From: the human T2T-CHM13v2.0 reference genome, Homo sapiens
NCBI RefSeq assembly: GCF_009914755.1
Contig: NC_060936.1
Length of the DNA: 64,000 nucleotides
Direction: 5' to 3' (one strand)
Position 1 is the stretch's first letter, and every line of letters begins with the position of its first letter. This document shows positions 32,140 to 44,375 of this stretch, piece by piece. Both the position numbers and the translations under genes were made by a program. The notes beneath the pieces were generated by a model, which was not told the DNA's origin, searched no databases, and saw only the letters and a list, made by a program, of their open reading frames with translations.

Positions 32140-33440
32140 ATATTTTCTTATTGTCTAGAATAGTTCCCAGTACCAGTAGATACTCTATAAATATTCCCTG
32201 AATGAGAGAAATTTGATTCATTAAGTTCTAGTGGGTAGGACAAAACAGATTGTTTTCCAGTGCAGGTGATGATAAGGATGACGATACTATAACAAAGATA
32301 GCAAAAATATAGAAAAAATTCAGTTTACTTTGGGGTTAGTCAGTAGGTATGGTTATTTTGAACCTGCTGATTTTGTCAAGAAATAGCTATTCTAATATAA
32401 CTAGAAAACAGAAATAAATAAATGCCCAGAGAACAAAACCAAATACATCAGTAGCCTAGATCTGGCTTGTGGACAGCTGATTTGTAACCTTTGGTTAAAT
32501 TATGCCTGTGCCTTTGTGCCTGCTGCCACTAAGAGTTCCTATTCTGAGTATCTCACTTGGGGAGTACCTGCTTCTAATTGCCACACTGAGCCAGGAAGTG
32601 AACTTTTTAAATGCACAGTCTCTTGCAAGCACACTTGACACTATTATACAAGATGTTTAATTAGCATAAAACAACATATAACATGATCAGTTCAGAAGTT
32701 GGTAAATGAAACTGAAAAGTTGGATTTCTAAATAATCCTACATTCTCAAGTCTTTCCACTTGAATATCATTCTTTCCACCCTATTTCCTCCACTTCTTAC
32801 CCCCTTTTAAGTTCTATGGCCATATTTTATTTCCAGGAGACACAGGGGAAATGGTCTTTCTACCACTGTGATTAGGAGAGAAAGATGAAAAGATTTATAT
32901 TTTTCAACTTCGTGATAACAAACATATGATTGCATTCTCAAAACTCATAGCTTTTCAACTAAGTAGTCATAAGTGGTTGAGGATAATTCTTTAAATTTTG
33001 ACGATGAGTTGGTTACTCGTCTTTTAGTTTCAAGAATGGAGGAAATTTTTGCTTCCAATGGAATAGAAGACATTTTTCTAATGATAAATATTGTACAATT
33101 GAATTTCCAAATTTCATAATTTATACATCAAAATAAAAGTTCTATTTATTATATTAAGTCAGGAAGAGATAATTTGAGATTATATGGGGAACTGCATATA
33201 TTATTGCAACATAATATATATGGTGAAATAACATAAGAATAAAAGAAATTATAACAGTTAAGTAACGGAAGTCTTGAAGAGCAATAATCCTTTTAATATT
33301 AAAAATAAGGCATTCATAGATGTTGCTTCTGCATACCAAAGATGAAAATATAATGGCCATGTTGCAAACTCAAAAAATAATTTGGATGAAGAATATTAAT
33401 AAGTTTTGTATTATGTATAATTCACTTAAAAATGTGGCAT

Positions 33441-33752
<312 letters not shown>

Positions 33753-35214
33753 TCATGATATAAAATAAAATAATAACTCTTTCTCTGAATTAGAGAAAAG
33801 ACTAAACAACAATATAAAATAGTACAAAATAACTATCTCAGAGAACTGCATTTTATCCTAATGACATAAAGTTGTACTCAAGCACTTACTAATATAACAT
33901 CTTGTCAAAACCTGGATCTTCTCTATAAAGAGTTATTGATTAATGGGTAGTTTGAAATCAAATTGTTTAAAATTTGAGTAACTCCAATAAAAGACCACCT
34001 AGTTTTAATAATAAATATTATAAAAGTTTCTACAATGGATTATATAATCAGAAAACATGTTATCATTAACTATCTGAGCCCATAACAAAGAGCATCAAAA
34101 TTGAAGATCAGGAAGAAAAGTCAGAATGCAAGCTGAGATTTAAATTGGATTACCCTGTGAATCTGAGTGTACACCTGTAAAACAGAATAAATAAGGGAAA
34201 CAATATTCAACCAACTCAAGCTAACCATTCTTTCTCTCACATGCTCTCACCTAGATCATTGAAGCCAAATTGCTTTTGTTCTCAACTAATCCGTATAATA
34301 GCCATAATCCTACTGCATGCTGAGAGTGTATAGATACAAATATAAGCATAAAAATTTTAAAAAATGGCAGAAATATTTACCTTGAAACATTACAGTCATG
34401 CAAATTATTTTACTCATCTATTTTTCTGATTATCCTTAAAGTCAAAAGCAGTTTGAGTGGTGTGTGTATATATGTGGTGGTGATGTAAAGTCACAAGCTG
34501 TTAAATGTTTCTGTGGTGCACAATAGATACTTATGCTGAGGAAATGTACAACTTTAAAGGAGTGTGGGTGTGAAATTAGTATGAAATGGAATGGGACTCT
34601 CATAATGTGCGTCTCCTATAGACCACCAAGACTGGAAGACAGCAAGAAAGGAAAATTCCTGGGGTAACACTTAGGTTGGGAAAACCACAGGATACCATAC
34701 TCATGAGGAATTTTAACTACCCAAACATCTGTTAGGTTAAAAAAAATTCAACAAAACATGCCTCATCAAAGAAGTTTCTAAGGAATGCAACTTTATGATC
34801 TAAAAAGAAGAAAACCAAATAGAGGGCAAAGTACACTTTAACATTATTTAAAATTAAAAATTGTCAATGTGTTACTAAATATCAGTTGTTTTCCTTAGTT
34901 TTTTCTAAACTGTGTAATACACTTATGTGATAAGTGTTATAGTAACAGAGGTAGAAATTATCCTTTTTATAAAGAAGCAATTATATAATGGTAAGAAGTG
35001 ATTTTAGCCATAAGTAAATAGGAGTCTATAATTCAAGACATTTAGAAGTTCATTTGGTGGCAGTGCAGTATTAGGATGGGCTCCATCTTGCTGCCACTAG
35101 AGAAAATAAATATCATTTATTCTAGACATGATGGTTGCACTTCTGCAAAATTAGTTAGATGCTGTTGAAAATCTTCTAAATTAGTTACACAGGACTCCCT
35201 AATGGGTAATTCAA

Positions 35215-35900
35215 GACAACATTTCTGTCCTCTAGGCCCGAATATTGAAGTTATTGGTATAACCACTTAGGTTCCCATAGACATCTCAAACTCCATATTG
35301 CCACCTTCCCTTGCAAGTCTTTTCCTTTCTGTGTGTTCCGTGTCTCAGTTTACTGCACCACTATTCATCTAGTTGTTCAAACTAGTTATCTAGAAATCAT
35401 TGTTAGTTCTTTTTACCTACTCTCATCCCCCACGAGGCAAAACCTGAGTCCTATTGTATTTACCTTCTAAATATCTCTTGTATTTGTTTATTTTTCTTTT
35501 CAAGTGTCTCTAAATCCAGACTTTTACATTTATCTCTTAGATAATTACAAAAGAGATCTAAATGGTCTTTCTGCTCTCATTTTCTACCATTCACCTGAAC
35601 TCAGCATTTCAATACACCTGCCTGACCATGAATTTCCTCTGCTGAAAATCTTTGATCATTTTCTACATGCCTGCATGTTAAAACTATGCCCATTAGTAAG
35701 TTCTACAAGGTCACTTATGATTTGGTTTATATTTCTCACACATGCACTGTTCTTTCTCCTTTATGATCCAGAATCTTTGCTATTCTTTCTTATTGTCCTT
35801 TCTTTCCTCCTCTTCTGGTGACCAGCTTTGTTTTCGCTATGTTTTTAAGTATCTCTTTTGAGAAACCTTTCAGAAATCCTTATTTCCAGTCCCACCTCCC
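35215..35900 (+). mobile_element. L2 remnant
   Basis: catagacatctcaaactccatat...gcaccactattcatctagttgttcaa. Confidence 0.6.
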
Positions 35901-36276
35901 AAAATTTGTTTCTCAACAAGTGAGCATATTACATCATAGTTATTTCTCTCTCTTTCTTTAGTGGGGCTTTGAGTTCCTTAAAAGCATAAATAGCCAGCCG
36001 CGCATGTCTTATGTACCTTTCTGTCCCCTGTGCCTACTTTTAATCTAAGATTTGTTATGAATATGGAAGAAAGGCATTTGACTTTAATGTTAAAGTGTTA
36101 CAGTGTCAAAATTCTCCATATTTTAAAATAGTTCATGCTGATATTTTTTAATTTTTTTGGTCTAATGCTTGTCTTTCAAATGCTTGCATTGTTATTGCCA
36201 AAATTAAAATTCTCTTGGCCAGTAGCTTTTCATGTTTGATATATTCAGCTTCTTTTATTTCACAAAACCAGTATAT

Positions 36277-36531
36277 ATTTATTATTATTATTATACTTTA
36301 AGTTTTAGGGTACATGTGCACAATGTGCAGGTTAGTTACATATGTATACATGTGCCATGCTGGTGTGCTGCACCCATTAACTCATCATTTAGCATTAGGT
36401 ATATCTCCTAAAGCTATCCCTCCCCCCTCCCCCCATCCCACAACAGTCCCCAGAGTGTGATGTTCCCCTTCCTGTGTCCATGTGTTCGCATTGTTCAATT
36501 CCTACCTATGAGAGAGAATATGCGGTGTTTG
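36277..36531 (-). mobile_element. L1PA3-like 3' end
   Basis: 3'UTR; TSD AAAACCAGTATAT 36264-36276 and 36532-36544. Confidence 0.93.
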
Positions 36532-36590
36532 AAAACCAGTATATTTTATATTGTTGATCATTTTGTGATTTTCCTTTTCATTAATTAACA

Positions 36591-36692
36591 TAAGAAATAT
36601 AAATTATTGCATATAGGAAATATTTGTATTGCATGTAAGAAATATGAATTATTGCATATAGAAAGGAAATAATTATTGCATTTAGAAATATT
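36591..36692. repeat. Degenerate 22-24 bp tandem repeat, about 4 copies
   Basis: TATTGCAT core at 36605, 36627, 36650, 36674. Confidence 0.75.
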
Positions 36693-38411
36693 TCAAACAG
36701 TGAAGGAAAATAATAAATGTCCATTTCAGAATAGATTGGAGAAGCATTAAAAATATCTAAATGATTAACTGAGATAATTAGCTGGTAATAAGTATGTATA
36801 GTGAGACAGAGTTATAATAGATTGATGGTCCATGAAAGAACAAAGGGGAAGAACAATGTTTAAATTTAGAGTGCTAAGTGTGATTACAAAGAGGAGATAT
36901 ATGGGTGAAATCATAATTTAAAGGAAATGATAGAAAGCATATAACATTAAAGTATCTAATAAAGTATTCAACTATATATTTAATGTCAAAAGACCTTATG
37001 CTAGATTATGATGCAAATATTCTAGAATTTAAATAAAAATACTTGTTTTTGAAATCCTATTTACATAAGCAAGTAGAAAGTTGTAGCAAAATCACTAAAA
37101 ATCAAACAAAGAAAAGTGTAAAGATTATCACTGTTTTTTTTTAAATCATCAATATTTTAGAAAGTCTGATTTTCATAAAGGAAAAAGGGGAGGAAATTTT
37201 CTCCCCATTAATAGCTTAGCTGTATTTTATCTTTTTAAACTTCAAATGAATTCTCCTATTTTCTCTGAGATCTCAGACTAAATTTCACATTGAATTGAAT
37301 TAACTTTTACTCTTCTGAGAATCTTCTTTCTGTCCATTCAACAAGAAGTGTAAAGTAGGTGTAATACATTGTGAATTTTTGTCTTTAACCTCAGTTCTAA
37401 GTTCTAGCTCAGCATTAGGCCCTAGGTCAGCAAAATTTCAGCTCCTATTTCTTCTGCATTTACCAAGAAAGAATTCTGATTTAACTATGAAAATTCCAAA
37501 CTATAGAAAAATCCTGGGATTACTATGTATGGTGTCTTGGTCACTTTTTGTTCATGCCTAGTAAATCAATTGAGATCCATAGGCTGCACAGTTAAGAATA
37601 TTAGCAATGACTTACCTTACTGTGTGTTTGCTATGTGCTGGTACTATTCTAAGTACTTAAAACATTGATTCATTCATAAGTCTTTATTTCTAGCACAGAG
37701 TCTACACTCTTAGATCTTGACTAGGACTTGAGCAAAGCCTCAGGGTGGTAGAAAAGTACCAAGAGATGGAGAGGTACTAACTGATATGACATAGAGAAGC
37801 TATCCAACTGTCCAATCATCTCCCAAAACAAATTGAGTGAGAATTTTGACATGCACCTCAAAATTATACTTTTGAGGTTTCTGATACCCTTGATTTTCAT
37901 TTTTCTTTAATGATATCCTAGATATTTTTTACCCCAATTATGCCTGCATACAAATGAACAGGAGAAGAAAATAGCAAGATTTATCCTGGCCCTAAGACTC
38001 CAGTATGACGATGGCCTTACCTGAATTATTCCAGTTTGTTCCAATGCAGAGCTTCATGGTAGCATGAAAATGGTGATATTTTATGCTCTAATGGAACACG
38101 CTGACCTGTTGTTCTAAAAACTTTGGGAATTGGAGGAAGTGAGTAGGGAGAACCCTCTTCATAGTTTATCCAGAATTAAAATAGAATGAAAGATAGGAGA
38201 CCAGTCTGTGGAATATTTGATGGCTTGATACATGTTTCCATGTTGATTACCAGCTCCCAAACTTCCTTTACATCTACTTCCCTAGTCTTCACAGAAGGAG
38301 TAATTCAATCCCCTTTTCCAATCCACTCATTTCTAAGAGTTGTAATCATTGGTCATCTAATCTGAAGAGCAGTGTCACTATTTTTTCAAATGGCATGTCG
38401 ACGTTATAGAG

Positions 38412-38592
38412 CAGTGATTCTTAAACTTGAACTACAGTCATTACAACCACCTGGAGGACTGTTAATTACTAAGCCCCACACTCACGGTTTTTGATTCAGT
38501 AAGTCTGGGGTAGTGCCTCAGAAACTGCTTTTCTATGGCTTCCCCAGTGATGTTGATGCTGCTGGCCTGGAGACACATTTTGAGGACCACTG
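38412..38592. mobile_element. MER5A (hAT-Charlie)
   Basis: cagtgattcttaaactt...tttgaggaccactg termini; tgattcagtaagtctgggg core. Confidence 0.85.
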
Positions 38593-39699
38593 TTGTAGAA
38601 AGTTGTTTTATAAACATGATGCTATTCTCAGAAAATATGTATTCTCTGATTCCAAAGTAATAGTAGTAATTAGAATATTTTCATTCTTACCTGGCATGTC
38701 CAGTATTGAAACTGAGAGGTTTTCTTTCTATTTTGTATTTTTTTTCTAGCTTAAGCCAGTCTGAAATTAGTCAGGAAATAACTCATTTAAGCATCAAATA
38801 AGATGATCATACAGTGAGGTCTAATACTATGAACATCCATGAATCATTCTTAGTATTCATGAATCTAATCTGACAAATTCTTAGGCTTACTGTATTTGTA
38901 ACACTATTGTGCTATACCCTCTGCAGCACCACCTTGCGGTTAGGAAATCTAATTAGAAAACACACTTAACATCTCATAAAATGATAGGAAATATTTCCTA
39001 CACTGACAGTGGTGATGCGTTTTGGTCAGCGAAATCACTGGGCTCTAGGAAAACATCCAAACTACAAAAGGATAGCCAGTTATCAAAGTGTTTTAACCAG
39101 TGGACAGGAATATGTCCTGAGATACTCTTGCTGTGTGGAAATAAGATGAATCCAATTGCAGAGCTTCTTCAGGGCCCTTGATGCCCTGAATTGCTTAAGA
39201 CACAGGAATCCACCAGCGAGTTGGATTTCTTCTAGTCCTGAGAGACATCTAACAGTCAGTGCTAATTTGTCCAGGTGTGCTGAGTCAAAGTCGACTTGTA
39301 GTCCTTGAAGTTGTTAATATTTGTATAGCTGAGAAAGGACAGAGCCCTTCACTTAGTGATGACAGTCACTAGAAATCTGGTGGCCTAGTGCACCAAATTC
39401 TGAAACTAAAACACCCTGAGTGGTAGGCCCTTTTAATAAACTTTATACTGAACTTAAATTCAAATAATTGTGCAGACAATTTAAATTGAAGGTATATAGA
39501 GCTGAAGTTTTCTGTTTTGTAAGTTGATGTTAAACCATATATTCATTTATGTTTATTCTTTTAGGAAAGTGATCATAACGAGGTACACTAAAAACCATAG
39601 AGTATTTTCTAGAATATTTTCCACTATTAAGTTAGACTTACAGGGATCTGCAGATGGCAAAGTTACAAATAAGTCTTTGAATGTGCTTATTTTAAAAGT

Positions 39700-40100
39700 A
39701 TAGTATCAGGCACAACAAAACTTGTTGATTCTTAAACAAAGTGGCATGGATGGGGGCATTCAAATTTTTATATGGACTAGGCAAAATGATGGTCTATCCA
39801 GACTCACCTTTGAGCTAACACACTCAGCATCAAGACACAGATGGATGGGAAAGATGACCCTGACCCACATAAGACCCACATTCCTGTGCAAGGATAGAAG
39901 CATGATAATCAGGAAATGATGGTTGTTAGTTACAGAAAATGCATTATGGTGAAAACCAGGGGGAAAGTGCTTATGAGAGGAAGTGATTGGATTATGGGGA
40001 ATGAGAGAATAAGGATAGATCATTCCTACTGAGTAAATTGCTGTGATTTATAAGAGAAAGGGTATAGTGATATCTTGGCCCATTACTGACTAGATTCATT
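39700..40100. promoter_or_regulatory. Probable long-range MYF5 enhancer (ortholog of mouse ECR111 / -111 kb element) in a PTPRQ intron
   Basis: Repeat-free; E-box CAGATG 39838, TEAD ACATTCCT 39878-39885, Pax-like AAGCATGATAAT 39898-39909, TGATTGGATTA 39984-39994, GGAATG 39998-40003; two segments match my recollection of mouse -111 kb ChIP primers; edges approximate. Confidence 0.78.
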
Positions 40101-41499
40101 TCACAAACAATCCTAAATCAGAATGTGACAGTTTATGGGGAGACAAACAAAGCTCCCAAAGATGCTTATAAGTTACTAAGCTTTTAAACTGGCATATTTT
40201 CAACTCCTCATACTTTTGCCACCATCAGCTCCATTTATTTTTGTAGCTGACATTCATAAATGTAATTCTGTAGCCACCCTTATGTGACACTAGTAATAGT
40301 TTACTATATGCTGTGATAAAAGGGAAAATGCTGGATATATTTTATTATATGTTTTGGGATTTTGTTAAATTTCATAAGAAAGATACCTAAAATAATTTTA
40401 TATGTATTTAAGTATATTATAATACTCTACAATACTAAAATAATTAAGTGCTGTTTTATAATAGATGGGCATTTTGGTGTTCTAAATATTTCTCTTAAAT
40501 TACCTATGAATTAATCAAACAGTTACCTTTCATTGCTCCAGACAGGTGAAACACATATTGTTATATATTATATATTAATATATATTCAGTTATATAAGTT
40601 TACTTTTATTTTTCAGTTTGGATTTAGGAGCTCTAATCCTTCAAGAATACAAGTTGACAAAATACATTCTGAAGGAAATTTTTGGCAAAGGATTCAACAC
40701 AGAAAACTTGTGTAACAAGACAGGCAATTTTATCAAGAACTTTACTGAAAATGCAAACATTGTTTACAGTGATTGTTTCTTTTAAAAAATGAAGAAAGAA
40801 GGGAAAACGATTTTTGGAAAAGTTCAAGAAATGGCATTAAAGCATAGCTCAGCAAGGGGCTAAATACCTTGCTTTTTTATAATGATTGATCAGTGCAAGG
40901 AAATTAAAATATTTAGTAGTATAGGTGATTATATGTGTTGTCATGAATGATCTTTGAATGTCATTTTTCTCTTACCTCTGCTTGGGGTCACACACTCCCT
41001 GATGAGAGATTTGATTGCTAGTATTAAAGGAATGATTGCAGGGTTGACATTTTATTGTGAAAGAAGAGAAGTTGAAAGCAAAGCGCTATATTTCTTTCTG
41101 AGCTGGCATACAGACACACTCACAAGCCAGAGTTTTCCTTGGGAAAACTTTGCACTTTGTCCTCAAATGAGACCCGAAGAAGCCATTATAGAGCAGAGAT
41201 ACAGAAATTTTTCCAGATACAAGCTACCGCAGAAAAATCTCACAACTTTCTTAGCCGCAGAAAATTCTCAATACATTTTTCATGATGTCTGGGCAACGAT
41301 AATGTGCCACTCTACTTGCTTGCTAGAATGAGTTAGGTTGAAAAGTATAGTCCCAACAGCATCGAGTAGTATATGTTACAGAGGTACATGAATCAAATAG
41401 ATGTTGGAGATGATCTTTCCTTTTTGACGTAATTAATTTTAGCCCATCTTTCTGGTATGAGTTAGATACCAAGGATCACAGTCTATCACAGCCCCTTCT

Positions 41500-42205
41500 A
41501 CTTCATGGCGTTTGTCTTTTTGTTCACAATAGCCATCCTAACAAAAGAAGACATTAACGCTGGTCTTAACGGCCTTACATTTTCTGGCCCCCATTTCCTC
41601 TCGGATTCTCTCATTCCAACTCAACTGGGCTTCAGCTTCACTGTGGTCCTTGTTATTCTTAGGACATACCAGGCGAAATCCTGCCTCAGGGTCTTCACGC
41701 TGGCCATTCTCCTCCTGGACACTCTTTCTCCAAACAGCCAAACAGTATTCCCTTACCTCCTTCAAATATTTGTTTAAATGTTATCTGCTTAGTGAGGCAT
41801 GAGCTGACCACTATATTTAAAATAGTAACGCCCTAAGCATCTTCATGCCCATGACCTTGTCTCATTTTTCACCATGGTACATAATACTTCCTAACATGGT
41901 ATATAATTTACTTGTGTATTATATATTCATTTATTTATATTTTTCTAATATATATTATTTGTCTCTCTCCATTAAAATGGAAGTTCCATGGTCTTTGTCT
42001 CTTTGGTTCTCTTCTATATTTCCAGCACTTCCAAAGTGCCTGGCATGCCATAGGTGTTCAGTAAACTGTTGCTAAATGAAAAGGGTTAAACAGTAGAAGC
42101 TTTATGGATGGATCCAAAGCTACCTTGATCACCTGTATGAGCTTTTTGTCCTCTTAGTGCCTAGCACATAGTAAGCACTTAATAAATATTTATTCATTCA
42201 ATGAA
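41500..42205 (+). mobile_element. L2 3' remnants
   Basis: cctgcctcagggtcttc; gtgcctggcatgccataggtgttcagtaaac; gtgcctagcacatagtaagcacttaataaata. Confidence 0.7.
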
Positions 42206-43094
42206 TGCATAAATTTATTCTCAAGGCCAACTAAACATTTGGTTATAATAAAGACAAGGGGACTCTAAAATATTTTCCTGTTTTATACCACTTGAAATGT
42301 GTGGCCGATCAGAAAATTGTTTCTGTCCACACTGGTTCTTACAGAGCTGGAAGTCAAATTTTTCAAATAACATTAATAATAAGGGAGCCTTAATACATTT
42401 ATACAGAGGTCATATCCCATCCCCTTTTATAGAGTCAGAGGCAGAAGAGAGGCCATTGAAACCCACAAAGCATCTTATATTTATATTTTTCAAGGCAATT
42501 AATTATGCTGATGGCAGGAGACCTCTTATAGCTCTCATCTGTTATGTATAATTACCTAAATGAATTAGGCTACAATTTGAGGCAGTTTTCCTAGGACCAT
42601 AAAGCTAGCAGTAAAAAGAATGAAAATGTCTGTTTATGCAGGGTATGTGTATGATTCCTTGATACCTTAGTTGTTGCAGAAACTGTGTACCCAATTCTGT
42701 CTTCATCATTAGCATCTCTTAGCTCATCAAATCGAATCCTGGAGCATTCTTTCTTTACCCTCTCCCCTGGATGTTTTCTTGGCAATGTAAAACTGGATCT
42801 TTGAGTACGGGGTGTCAATGTTCAGATTATTGTACAGTTTTCAGAAGTACAAATAGGAAGAGTATCTTTGTCACTCCAAAGGTATTTGTTCACTGAAAGT
42901 TCCTGAAATGTATTTTCTAGATTCCTGTATAGTTATATTCAAGTACTATTATTAAAATATGTCAATGCTATTATTAAAATATTTTTGGATTGAGTTGTGC
43001 ACCTAAATTCCATAGACATAATGTTATATGCCTAAGAAATATATTCTAAATATCAATTACTTATTCACAGTTTAAAGATTGTCACCACTATTAA

Positions 43095-43463
43095 TCTCTT
43101 AGTCTGTTTTGTGTTGCTATAAGAAAGTATCAGAGACTTGGTAATTTGTAAGAATAGACATTTGTTTTCTTATAGTTCTGGAAGCTGGGAGGTCCAAGAT
43201 GAAGGTGCAGACAGATTTGCTTATCTGGTGAGGGTTGCACCCTCTGGAGGGGAGGAACGCGTGTCCTCACACAGTGGAAAGCAGAAGAGCAAGCTATCCA
43301 AATGCTTAGTGAAGCCTGTCTTATAAGGACCTTAATCCCATTCACCATGGGAGGTATTCTCATGACGTAATCACCTCTTATAGGCCCCACCTCTTCATAC
43401 CATCACATTGGCCATTGTATTTCAACATCTAAATTTTGGAGGGGACATGTTCAAATGATAGTA
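43095..43463 (-). mobile_element. MST (C/D-like) MaLR solo LTR
   Basis: cttagtctgttttgtgttgctataa...ttttggaggggacatgttcaaatgatag. Confidence 0.85.
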
Positions 43464-44235
43464 ACATCTTATAGCTCTCTAGTATTGAAATAAACCTTTT
43501 GACTCTCTTCAGAGCATGTGATTCACTTGAACCAGATATACTGCCCATATTTATACCATCCCAACTTGCAAGAAATTATCTGCAATTTAAAAACAAAGAC
43601 AGAAACTTTCTCCATTCTGATCCTATTTGCCTCATTCCAAGCTCATCTTTCCATTTGCCAGATAGGCCTCTCAGACTTCTGGAGGTTCTCAAACTCAATG
43701 AATATGAATCCAAATTTGTCATCTCCTACCATAGTCTTACCCCACCAAAATCAGTGTATGTTCCTGAATGTGCTGTTGTGAACTGCCAAAATTCACTAAT
43801 ATTAATGCATGAGTTAGCTTTTACTACTTTCTCTATCTCAATTTGCACCCACATCAAATTATTCCGAGTTCTTTTTATTAATCTTTCTATAGTGACTCTA
43901 GGTTTCATCTCCTTCTATCTATCCCTTCTGTCACTATTCTTATTTAGGATCTCATGTTTTACTTGGCCTTTTGGAAAGAGCTTATCTACACTCAGTGTTT
44001 TTCAAATAACTTAACTTTTTCATAGTTACCTGAGTTGTCTTCCTAAATCAATGGAAAAATAATTCTTTTCTCAAAAACCTCAGCGGAATCCCACTATTTA
44101 AAGAATAAACTCCAAATTCTTTAACGTAACAATCAGGTACTCTCTAGCTTAATTCCTAAATTACTACTTGGGCTTGTACATTTTTATTCCTCCATAAATA
44201 CTGGTCTCTCTGTGATAGTTCTGTTTCTTGGATTT

Positions 44236-44375
44236 AGGGATTCTGAATCTTTTTTTGTACCATGAATCCCTTTGGAAATCTGGTGAAGTTTATTGACTCC
44301 TTCCTAGAGTAATTTATTTTTTACTTGTAAAATAATAACATTACCAAGATAAGCAATTCTACAGCAATACAACTC
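44236..44375. mobile_element. hAT-Charlie family fragment
   Basis: catgaatccctttggaaatctggtgaag resembles a Charlie-type MER end. Confidence 0.5.

Noticed and set aside
39205-39390. CTCF-like CCACCAG cores
   Set aside because: Lack the downstream GGGC/GGCG half of the motif
43499-44014. Longest ORF in the track (171 aa)
   Set aside because: Non-ATG start, low-complexity composition; LKLN segment looks like decayed L2 sequence
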